A stretch of DNA of 64,000 bases, taken from assembly GCA_904063045.1 (NCBI GenBank), contig CAJFCJ010000010.1, forward strand, positions 1,612,001-1,676,000, read 5' to 3'. Under the pieces are notes generated by a model, which ran no database searches, was not told where the DNA came from, and saw nothing but the letters and a program-made list of their open reading frames with translations. This DNA comes from Dimorphilus gyrociliatus (Eukaryota; Animalia; Annelida). Position numbers and translations under genes: made by a program. Positions 1-10,216 of this stretch are shown in pieces. Each line of letters opens with the position of its first letter. Within the stretch, counting starts at the first letter, position 1.

Positions 1-239
1 CCTTCATTAGTAACATCGCTTATTGTTGTATTTACACTAATCTGCTCCATCTCTGTCTAAATCGTGTAAAGCACTAAAAGAACTAGTAAACTATAAAGGC
101 GGGAACCTACGAAACACATTTCGGTAATTTAAGACTATAAATTGTGGCCATTGTAAATCCTTTACCTTATAGCACTAAATTAGCATGTGCTCCTAATTAA
201 CTTTAATATTTGTTTAATACCATTTTTATTCTTCTATAG

Positions 240-1417
240 GATCGATTGTAGATGCACGTCAATTATTATCGAATGTACGTCATATTCTTCGGGACAATAG
301 GCCTGCCCCAGATCATCCTCTGGGTTATCTGACATCGGACAATAGAGATATATGGGCGAATGCTAGAGATATTCTCATTGCTGAAGGAAATACAGATGCA
401 ATAAAATTAGTTGACGATGCCGCTTTTATGTTGACCCTTGACGATTTGGATACAAGTGATAATGTTGAAATTGTTAGGAATTTCTTACACGGTGACGGAT
501 GTAATCGTTGGTTCGACAAAAGTTTCTCTTTAATTTTGGACAAGAATGGTCATGCAGCCGTTAATTTTGAACACGCTTGGGGAGATGGAGTAGCCGTTGT
601 TCGATACTTTAACGAATGCTTTGAGGATACTACTAAGAATCCTAGGGTAAATGGAGGTGTCGAATACGATTTACCGTCCTCTCAAGTTAAGCCTATTGAA
701 TTTAATTTAAATGATAAACTCAAGTCAATCATTGATTCGTCGAAACAAAAATTTGACGATAAAGTTGATTCGTTGACTTTAAATTATTCTCAAGTTCTTG
801 GAACTGGAAGAAAAACTTGTAAAGCTATGAAAATTAGTCCTGATGCCATGATGCAACTCCTTTTCCAAATGACATTTTATAAAATGCATGGTCAGGTCGT
901 GCCAACTTATGAATCTTGCAGTACGGCTATATATAAACACGGCAGAACAGAAACAATTCGACCAGCTACGTTGGCTACGAAAACTGCATGTGAACTTTTT
1001 AGCAAAACGACTGGAACACTCCCAAGCTCTTCTGAATTACAAGAAGCTGTTAGAAAATGTTCAACCGTTCATACAGAATTAACAAAACACGCAGCAATGG
1101 GCAAAGGTTGGGATAGGCATTTGTTTGCTTTGAAAAACTTGGCTACACAGTCTGGAGACGCTTTACCAGAGATATTTCAAGATCCAGCTTACGTAAAAAT
1201 TAATCAAAACGTTATTAGTACATCGACATTAACAAGTTCTGCCTTATTGATTGGCAGTTTTGGTCCAGTAGTTAGAGATGGTTTTGGAATTGGTTATGGA
1301 ATTGAAAGAGACCAATTAGGATGCACTGTTTCAGCATATCCTGAAAGGGATAGCGGTGCGTTTGTAGAGACATTTAAGTCATGTGTTGACGATATAGTGA
1401 AAGCGTTTAATATGTAA
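240..1417 (+). CDS. CPT2: Carnitine O-palmitoyltransferase 2, final exon (5' exons lie upstream of the window)
   Basis: AG acceptor at 238-239. The exon reads SIVDARQLL...PLGYLTSDNRDIW...RWFDKSF...FEHAWGDGVAVVRYFNE (catalytic His motif as in CPT2 FEHSWGDGVAVLRFFNE), YESCST, GRTETIRP, MGKGWDRHLFAL, GFGIGY. Stop TAA 1415-1417; AATAAA at 1437. Confidence 0.93.
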
Positions 1418-1652
1418 TATAATTCCTAATTCGTTGAATAAAATTCAAATAAAAATGAAACGTGCTATCAGTAAGGTCATAAAAAGGGGCTCGTATTGAA
1501 TGCGGGCCTAAAACCAGTTGAAATTCTACATTACCATTCACATTCTTGGATTATATTGTTGACAGTAAAATATTCTTGTATATATAATGCTTTGTGCCGC
1601 TACCAGTTTATGTTTAAAACGCACTCTATTAACCTGGTTTATTAGTTCAACA

Positions 1653-3925
1653 ATGGCCAGAAAAAGTATAAATGATAATTTAGGGGATATAAAGGTAAGA
1701 AACATAATAATATTGTTGTATCATCGAAAAAGTAAATGTTTAACCTTTTAAAAAGCGTAATTTTAGATATTTTGCCTAAAAATCGAACGTACGGCCAACT
1801 CCTTCCTTAAATTATCATCTGATTAGCATCGGTTTTAGTATTGCATTTACTGTAGAATAAAATTAATATATTGCAATAATAACTTCACTAGAAGATTTTC
1901 ATTAATTTCCCTTTATATATTACAATGTTTAATAGAAAAAGGTTTTGGTTCTATATGTTGAATATCAATATATTCATTTTAAAATATGCATACTATTTGT
2001 ATTTCTAACGATATCAATTCGTTTTTTTTAGAGAGTTCCAAAATTAGGTCATAAGATAAAACATCTTACACAGTTTTTTCGAAAGTAGTTGTTGGTCAGC
2101 TAGGATGACCAAATGTTAAGAGCATTGACCTCCAATTCGACTTAATAATTATAAAGTTTCTAGATTGCAAAGTTACATGTAATGATGACTATGCTGCAAT
2201 TTAAATATCTATATTTTTCTTATAGATTGAAGGTCAAAAACGGTATAAATTTGAAAATTGGTCGAAGACGTTTTCATGTAACCCAGAATTATATTTTGAA
2301 CCAAAAAATGTTGAAGAGATCAAATCTATTTTGAGGTTAGCAAAGCAAAACAACAAGAAAATTAGAATTTCTGGAAATGGACACTCTCCATCAGATATAC
2401 CATGCACTGATGACTATATGATTTCGTTAAAGGCGATGAATAAGATAATAAGAGTAAGATTAAATGAAAGACTAGTTAAATTTATGACTTCATACTTCCT
2501 ATTGAAATCAACAGCTTGATAAGAAAAATATGACAGTGAAATGTGAAGCAGGAACTGAAACAACCGCATTGAATGAAATTTTAGAAGAAAATGACCTTTG
2601 TCTTAGCCTGTAACTTATAAAACATATATCATTAATAAACATATATAATCTAATTATTTGAATACAGATTAGGTTCAATATCGGATGCAACTATAGCTGG
2701 TATGCTATTGACTGCCTATCACGGATCTGGAATAAATTATAAATGCCTGACATCAACAGTAAGGATTCTCTTTTAACTTGTTCTATATATTATAAATATA
2801 TCTTATGGAATACTTTATCATAGGTTCTTGAAATGGAAGTTTTAACGAGCGATGGCGAAATTGTATATTTCAATAGAGAAAACGACGAAGTAGAATTTAA
2901 AGCGGCATGCGTTTCCTTGGGTTGCATGGGAATTGTTTTGACTGTAACTATCCAATGTGAGAAATTATACTCTATCAGACAGAATAGAGAGCTTGGGCAA
3001 CTGACTGATGTTCTAAATAATTTGGATGATCATTTAAATCAATCTGATCATTTTAAATTCTACTGGATTCCTCATACTGAAAATGTTGTTATTGATCATC
3101 AGTATCGTTGTCCTAAGAATGAAGAGAAACGTATTCGATCATCTGATTATATTAGGGATGTTCTTCTTAATTATCATCTTTTACAATTTCTCTACTGGAT
3201 CTGGTGAGAACTTAATAGTTTATTCAAAATCAAGAAATATAATTAAATTTTATATATTTCAGTCTATTTATACCGCAGTTGATAGTTTTAGTTAATAGAT
3301 TTGTTGCTTTACTCTTTCGAAAACCAAGACTGGACTATGATATTGGTTACAAAATATTCAATTTTGATTGCTTATTCTCTCAACACGTAATGGAATGGGC
3401 TTTTCCACAGTAAATTCAGACCATAAATATGTTAGTTAGGTAATTTTTAACCTTAATATACAGAGATAAAACAGCTGATGTTCTATATGAATTAAAAGCT
3501 TGGTTGAAAAAGAACAATTTTTACGCTCATTCATGGGTAGAAGTACGATTTACGGCCCCTGATGACCTATTATTGAGCCCTTCGTTTGAAAGAAAATCAG
3601 CCTGGATAAATATTATAATGCTTAGGTAGAATTCACCTAAAATAGTTTATTTTATATCTATAAAAACTATCCAGAGTATCAAAATTTTCTTTATAGGCCT
3701 TATTATAAAGAAGTTGAATACGAAAGATACTGGAATGCTTTTGAAGATATTGCAAGGAAGTATGGAGCTAGGCCACATTGGGCTAAACCGTGCAATTTTA
3801 GCGGTGGTGACTTTCGAAAAATCTACCCTGAATGGGATAAATTCAGAGCTATAAGAGATAAATATGATCCCAAAGGGATTTTTCTCAACCAAAGACTCCA
3901 AAAATTATTTGTGACTGATAATTAA
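1653..3925 (+). CDS. GULO: L-gulono-1,4-lactone oxidase, 8 exons, ~457 aa
   Basis: Exons 1653-1694, 2226-2453, 2515-2609, 2668-2758, 2824-3203, 3263-3409, 3464-3625, 3697-3925 join in frame via GT-AG introns. Motifs: FENWSKTF, GHSPSD (covalent-FAD His), LGCMGIVLTVTIQC, FKFYWIPHTE, VEVRF, RPHWAK, DPKGIFLN. Exon 1 is the least certain. Confidence 0.9.
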
Positions 3926-4124
3926 TTTATCAGAATTTATAAAAGTCTGTAGAATTTCGTGAGTAAATGGTTTATATTTTTAAGAAATACATCACCAACA
4001 ACAATATTTACTCAGTATTTTCATGCAAAACATTTCGTTAACTTATTCTTTAAATCCTAATGTTTTGTCAAAGTAAGTATTTACTACATAAAAATTCTTA
4101 GTTGAATTTTCTTCATGACAATCT

Positions 4125-4740
4125 CTAGAACCCGTGAACCTGTAAATATAGAAAGCATTAGCGATTTGTATTAATAAGCTTTAAGGTTACCTTGATTTGC
4201 TCGGTTTTTGCAAGACCAATCTTGATAAGAAAGTCATTAATGTTTTGTCTTTGATCTCCTTGAAATTGAATTACTTCCCCATATTCTGGATGCTCGACAA
4301 CAGTTCCGTTACAGGCAAATTCCTGCAAGAATTTTCAACTAAATATTTGCATTTTAAATGAAATTATACAAGAAAATGATAAATAGAAGGTAATTCTATT
4401 GTAGTTAAAAGAATACATTTAAATTTAACGTCTATAAAACCGGCATGGTTTGTAGTTTTATTACCTTTTTGCACACTTTCACAATTTTTTTCAAATCGAA
4501 TTCATCCTTTATACCTTGGACAGTAGTTAGCGTCTTTCTACCATTTCTTTGTTGGATTCGTATGTGTATTACCCCACCTTGACTTGATCCAGATACAGCG
4601 TTATCGCTAAATGGATCTAGAACAACGAAGTTAATAAATATGGCTAGCTTTTTCGACATTATTCGTGTATACAAATACGATCAGAAAGAGCAATTACCGT
4701 TCTGTTGTAGGTTAACGAAAGTTGTTTTGTTATTGCTCAT
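4125..4740 (-). CDS. EIF1: Eukaryotic translation initiation factor 1 (SUI1), 4 coding exons, 113 aa
   Basis: Exons 4740-4698, 4616-4465, 4322-4191, 4139-4125 give MSNNKTTFVNLQQNDPFSD...IHIRIQQRNGRKTLTTVQGI...EFACNGTVVEHPEYGEVIQFQGDQR...IKVHGF*. Confidence 0.96.
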
Positions 4741-5232
4741 AAGATATCCTTTTTTTTATCCGAAATGGATATTGTAGTTGGTAATAAACTGCGTTCCTTT
4801 GGTTGTGGTGGCGCTACTAGTTCATCCGGTTAGAAATCATTTTCGTATTAACTAATTTTCATTTAAAGCATTCTTTTCATAGTAACTTAAATATTTTTAT
4901 TTAAATTTTTTTTGGATAGTATAATAAAAAAATAATAAAAAAATTTGTTGTTACTCACCGAGGAGATAAATCTTGAATTATTCACTATTTATTGATAAAA
5001 ATATTTCAACAAATGAAAAAAAGTATAAATAAAACTATCTAGTTGATTAACAGTCTAAAAACTATGTATTTAAATATGGTTGAACAACTTTATATTTCAA
5101 TAGAAAACTCAACAGATATATGACCATATATACCGTATATATGTTACCCATATTAATATTTAGAGATTATCACACTATAATTTGCACATCTTAACAGAAC
5201 TAGTGAAAAAATATGATCATAAAATCGATTGT

Positions 5233-8200
5233 TTACGTTAATTTTCGTAAAAATTTAGCCTTGGGCAATTCTTTTGATAACTTTTGGTCCAAATTGTTTA
5301 TTCCACACTGATCAAGTCCAAGAAAAGTTAAATATTTACACGATTGTTTGAATGATTCAATAAAATTTTCAAATCCTTCATCTCCTATTGGATTGTCCGT
5401 TAAATTTAACAATTTAAGATATGATTGCTCCGTTAAGAGAAGATTAAAAGTTTGCGTTGTTAATATTTCTATTCCACATCCTTGAAGATGTAATTCGTTA
5501 AGATTCGAATTAAAATTACTAAGACAGTAGAATAGAGAAATAATGCTATTATTACCAAGTTTGTTATAAGATAAGGCCAATATTTTTAAAAGATGCTGTT
5601 TCTCAAGAGCTCTTATTAAGCTTGGCATTGAGTGAGAGTCAAAATTACAGTGTCTCAAATGGAATCCTTCCAGTATAATGTTTGATTCGTATAACGATTC
5701 GAATAAGTTTATTGCTCCGTCGTTTTCCAATTTACACAGGGATAAGTCTAATATTCTTAGATTAGGCAATCGAATTATAAGCTTTACAATTGTTTCAGTA
5801 GCTTTTGAACCGGAAAAAGTATTCGTCAACCGTAAATTACAGCATTCTTTGCAAAAGCACGCTAAACTCTTCGATAGGCTTAGAGCTGAGAGATTACTTA
5901 TATGATTGTAGGAAATATTTAAGGTTTTTAAAAGTGTTTGTTTTTTTAAAACTTCCGCCAGACCATCAATTCCTCCTTCTTTAAGTGAACAATTCTGCAA
6001 AAGAAGAACTTCTAGTCTGTTTTTAGAGTCTGATAATACTTTAAAAAGGTATTTGGCATCCTCTTCCTCTAAATGATTATTGGAAATGTTCAAATAAGTT
6101 AAAGTTGTTATATGTTGAATTGTATAACAGAGTTGTCGGATACTATTAACATTTAATTCGCACTTTTGAAGATGAATTTCTTCGAGGAAGGAAGAAGATT
6201 TAGGAAAAGAATAGAACAATGTATCGTCCATATTATTTTCAATTGGATTATTGGAAATATTAAGTATTTTCAAGTTTAATTGGGTTATGAAAATCTTGTT
6301 CAATTTATTAAAGGTGTTAGAGCTTAATTGGCAGTCTTCTATAAGTAGTATTTCAAGCTTGTTACAATAGGCAGCAATAGATTCTAGTATCAGTGACGAA
6401 GTCTGATCGTTAAAATAATTTGATGAACAGTCCAAAATCTTAAGGGAATCGAGATTATATAGGGCTTTGGCAAAGTGTTCTCCTCCCGATGATCTTAATT
6501 GGCAAGCTCTGAAACGTAGTTCCTTCAAGTGATTACAAGATGATTTTGATAGCATTTTAAATAAAAGTTCTCCTCCTTTCTCTCCGACAATATTTTGCGA
6601 AAAGATCAAAGTACGTAGAGAATATAACTTTAGAATGACTAAAGCCAAACACTCAGCACCGTATAGTCCAAAGCCACACTTTTCAACGTTCAATAGCTGA
6701 AGACTTTTGCAAAATAGAGCAACAGATTTAAATAGTACAACAGCACCTTCATCTTCAATAACGTTGAAAGAAACGTTTAAATGCTGTAGATAAGATTGAT
6801 TTTTAATTGCTTCTGCCAAGTATTCCGCTCCTGCAACTCCCAAATTGCAGTTGGAAATATCAAGTACCCTTATATAAATGTTAAAGTCACTCATTGTTTT
6901 AAATAAATTATATACTCCTGTATCACTTAGATAGTTATTGGAAAGTTGAATAACTTCAATATGCAACTGGCGTTGGAGAAAAGGAAGTAAGGGTTTCACA
7001 CTATCACCCCATAAATTAATGTCATTTAACCATAGTTCCTTGAATTCGTTCAATGACACAGCCATTGATTCGAAGAGGATTAACAGTGACATTTTATTCA
7101 TGATATTTCCGGATATATTAAAGTACGTTAAATTTGTTAATTTCTCAATTACTGCTGCTAAAAATACAGTACTTCCACCATCAAAACGACATGATTCCAT
7201 ATTTAGTTTTTCCATTCTTGAATTAAATCGATAAATAGATTCTAGAATTTTATTTATAGCCCTAGTACCAATGGGATTAAATGAGATGTCAATAATTGTC
7301 AATTTTTTGAAATTTCGAAGAGCGTCGGCTAAACTTTCTCCTCCTTTCCAGTCAATATTACATCTTCTCGAATGTAATTCTTCAAGATTATTTATACAGT
7401 TGTTCAACGCTTTAAATAGGGTAATGGAGCCTTTACTATCAATTTTATTATCGGAAATGTCAAGTATCTTTAAATTAGTCAAGTTAATCATTTCTTTTGC
7501 CAATTTTTCAGCTCCGTACGATCTAAAACAACAATTATTAACCTTCAGCTGATAGAGTTTATTCTTTGGATGGGATAAGGCTTTAAACAATTCGGCAATA
7601 CTTTGATCGAAGATGTTATTGTTTGACAAGTAAACAGCCTCTATATGTGTAAAGTTTTTAATTATTCTAACAACCTCCTCTGTTAGATCATTACCTCCTA
7701 ACTCTGTATTTATTGTCAAGTAAGAATTGGATAAATCAATAACTTTTATTTTGTTAGGATATCTAAGGCTATCTAGTAGCTTGGGAATGAACTTGCTTTC
7801 TGTTTTCTTAACTGAGATCCTCATAGATCGTATATCATTAAGCAGGCTGACAAAGGTCATTAGAGAATCCACTTCAGGCTCATTCCATCCATATGATTTT
7901 ATTTTTAGTCTCCTTTCACAAAAGGTTAACTTTGTACTATTGTTTTCCATTTGTATAGTTTCGATGCTTTCAAAAACTTCTAAGAATTTCAAGAGTATGT
8001 AAAGGGCGTCGTTACTCTTTATCTCCAAGACTTGAAGATGGTTTTTAAACGAAATACTTTTCGTTTGTTTGATCAAAAACCTCCAATTAGCCTTTGCATT
8101 AATTAGAGTTATATTTTGAATTAGATGCCAATATTTATTGACTAATAGTTTTACTATTGCATTAGATAACTCTTCGTCTCGTACAATTAAACTATGATCA

Positions 8201-9882
8201 GTAGGACCATCGGTGATGATTTTTCTAATTGTGTCACTGACGCCATCTAGTATACGTCTGAGTTCTCTATTATCTTTGACGAGTTTGTCATAGATTTGTC
8301 TATTTAACGCCCTAACAAATCTTAAAACGTTTAACATTGTGTATACGTTTCCATCGTCTGTCAGACGCTTTCCTAATTGAGATAAGAAGTTGAAATGTCC
8401 GCAGCAAAATGGCGCCAAGAGATCGGTTAAGGCCTGATTTGATTTGCTAATGATGTATTTTGCGGCAAAATATTCCTGGATCGTTAGATGGAAGAATTGA
8501 AATTCTTGGGAGCAAGAATGAAATTGTTCATTTGTATAATTAATCTTTATCACTCTTAAAAGTCCTCCTAAATAATTAACAGCGTGCTGTAGGCGATCTG
8601 CGCCCTTTTTGTTCTCATTTAAGATAATCCGCTCCTTTCCTAAATTATCGTACGCTAATTCATAGCAAAATTCTAAAGTTTTCTTAAATTTCTTTGTCTT
8701 TCTATTTATATTCATTTTTGAACAAAGAACGTTGACAAATTGCTCATAGATTAGGTAATGATTCACTGATAATTCATTTCCGGGTTCTTTCCAAACTAGC
8801 CAAACTATTAAAGCTAAAAGAGGAGTGGAGCAAACTCTGAAAAGATCCTCTTTTTCCCTTTTCAAATATGCAACTAATTCTCTTCCACGTTCCTCGTCCA
8901 GGCACTTAATATAGTACAGTTCCAACTGTTTCTCATTAAAACCGCATAATTGAAAGATAGCGTCGTAGGTCAGTTCGATTTGATGAGCTCTCCATTCTCT
9001 AGACCAAACAATTATGGGAAACGGAAAGGACTTACCATTTAGAATATCGTAGACTTCACTAGTTTTCTCGTAAAATTCATCGGCTCCGTCCAGAAAGAAG
9101 ACAATTTTATTTCTCGTTTCTGCTTTAGACGCTTTTAATTCTAGGAAGTACGTAAATGCCTCTTTATTCAGTTTAGGAATTTTGTGAAAATTATTTTGCT
9201 CCCAGATAGCGTCTATAAAACGCTGACCTTTTCTAACCTTCCTCAAAGTAAGGGGAAGAACCATTTCTAAATGGGGTTTTTGACTCGTGGAGTTTGCCCA
9301 CCAGCTTACTAATTTACGCATGTGAACAGTTTTACCAATCCCTGGTGGACCTCTTACAATAATTCTCTTGCATTCATCGTTAATTATTGATAAAAAATTC
9401 CAACTCTCTTCGAAGCTTTTATTAAGTTTTTCATCTAAAAGAGTTTTGTTTACCTTTATTATCGTCATAGGCGTAAGAACTCTTTCAACCGGTATAGGAT
9501 TACCATTTTCGAATGGGGATATTGGTACAGTTGAATAATCTGTTTTGAATTTATTCATTAATTCTTCAATAATCCTTTTCCAAGTATTAGCAATCTCAAA
9601 AGCCAATTCGGTGCATTGTTCTTGTTGAGTTTTCATAAGACAAATTAAAATCCAATCGGTTCTAGTATTTATTAATATTTTAAATAATTCTTTAAATAGG
9701 TCATCAGCAACAAACTCTCCCTTATTATCAATTTCATTTTTGAATTTATCTAAATGATCAATAGTTAATATATTTTTTGTAATTAATTCATTACAAAACT
9801 CGATAAAGGTAACAACATTTTTAAGAACTACACGAAATTCATTTTCATATAGTAATAGCAAATGATTTCTTGCCTCTTCCAT
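5233..9882 (-). CDS. Intronless NACHT-LRR (NLR-like) protein 1, 1549 aa: N-terminal helical domain + NACHT + ~30 RI-type LRRs
   Basis: Single ORF. Walker A GPPGIGKT, Walker B IVFFLDGADEF, CSTPLL, winged-helix FFHLTIQEYFAA, 28-29 aa LRRs. The ORF track starts at a TTG (9930); the ATG at 9882 (MEEARNHLL) aligns with the paralogue start MDITQNHLL. Confidence 0.9.
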   Translation of the reverse strand: MEEARNHLLLLYENEFRVVLKNVVTFIEFCNELITKNILTIDHLDKFKNEIDNKGEFVADDLFKELFKILINTRTDWILICLMKTQQEQCTELAFEIANTWKRIIEELMNKFKTDYSTVPISPFENGNPIPVERVLTPMTIIKVNKTLLDEKLNKSFEESWNFLSIINDECKRIIVRGPPGIGKTVHMRKLVSWWANSTSQKPHLEMVLPLTLRKVRKGQRFIDAIWEQNNFHKIPKLNKEAFTYFLELKASKAETRNKIVFFLDGADEFYEKTSEVYDILNGKSFPFPIIVWSREWRAHQIELTYDAIFQLCGFNEKQLELYYIKCLDEERGRELVAYLKREKEDLFRVCSTPLLALIVWLVWKEPGNELSVNHYLIYEQFVNVLCSKMNINRKTKKFKKTLEFCYELAYDNLGKERIILNENKKGADRLQHAVNYLGGLLRVIKINYTNEQFHSCSQEFQFFHLTIQEYFAAKYIISKSNQALTDLLAPFCCGHFNFLSQLGKRLTDDGNVYTMLNVLRFVRALNRQIYDKLVKDNRELRRILDGVSDTIRKIITDGPTDHSLIVRDEELSNAIVKLLVNKYWHLIQNITLINAKANWRFLIKQTKSISFKNHLQVLEIKSNDALYILLKFLEVFESIETIQMENNSTKLTFCERRLKIKSYGWNEPEVDSLMTFVSLLNDIRSMRISVKKTESKFIPKLLDSLRYPNKIKVIDLSNSYLTINTELGGNDLTEEVVRIIKNFTHIEAVYLSNNNIFDQSIAELFKALSHPKNKLYQLKVNNCCFRSYGAEKLAKEMINLTNLKILDISDNKIDSKGSITLFKALNNCINNLEELHSRRCNIDWKGGESLADALRNFKKLTIIDISFNPIGTRAINKILESIYRFNSRMEKLNMESCRFDGGSTVFLAAVIEKLTNLTYFNISGNIMNKMSLLILFESMAVSLNEFKELWLNDINLWGDSVKPLLPFLQRQLHIEVIQLSNNYLSDTGVYNLFKTMSDFNIYIRVLDISNCNLGVAGAEYLAEAIKNQSYLQHLNVSFNVIEDEGAVVLFKSVALFCKSLQLLNVEKCGFGLYGAECLALVILKLYSLRTLIFSQNIVGEKGGELLFKMLSKSSCNHLKELRFRACQLRSSGGEHFAKALYNLDSLKILDCSSNYFNDQTSSLILESIAAYCNKLEILLIEDCQLSSNTFNKLNKIFITQLNLKILNISNNPIENNMDDTLFYSFPKSSSFLEEIHLQKCELNVNSIRQLCYTIQHITTLTYLNISNNHLEEEDAKYLFKVLSDSKNRLEVLLLQNCSLKEGGIDGLAEVLKKQTLLKTLNISYNHISNLSALSLSKSLACFCKECCNLRLTNTFSGSKATETIVKLIIRLPNLRILDLSLCKLENDGAINLFESLYESNIILEGFHLRHCNFDSHSMPSLIRALEKQHLLKILALSYNKLGNNSIISLFYCLSNFNSNLNELHLQGCGIEILTTQTFNLLLTEQSYLKLLNLTDNPIGDEGFENFIESFKQSCKYLTFLGLDQCGINNLDQKLSKELPKAKFLRKLT

Positions 9883-10216
9883 TTCTTTTGATAGAATAGA
9901 ACGTTTTTGTTTAAAAATATTTGCGATCAAGTTTACTTAATAAAAATATATAAGAGATCAGCTGATTTCCTCTCTTTCTCTTTCTCTCTTTTTCTTTCTT
10001 TATATTGTTATAGAAAAAACAAAAATAGCAGGAAATTTATACAATATTCAGATCAAATATTATTGTGATAAAAAGGCCTACTCTGCCCTATTTTACCCTA
10101 TTTTTATAGTTTAAATATACAAGTAAAGTATAAACAGTATATCAGAGTTGAAAAACATAAAACATTTAGTCGAAACATTTTCTACTTTATTAATAAAATA
10201 TAATAAAATGAATAAA

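Noticed and set aside
2182-2225. C-box (ATGATGA) in GULO intron 1 as a C/D snoRNA
   Set aside because: No downstream D box (CTGA) or terminal stem before the acceptor.
9883-9930. 16-aa N-terminal extension of NLR1 in the ORF track
   Set aside because: It begins at TTG; the ATG at 9882 aligns with the paralogue's start.
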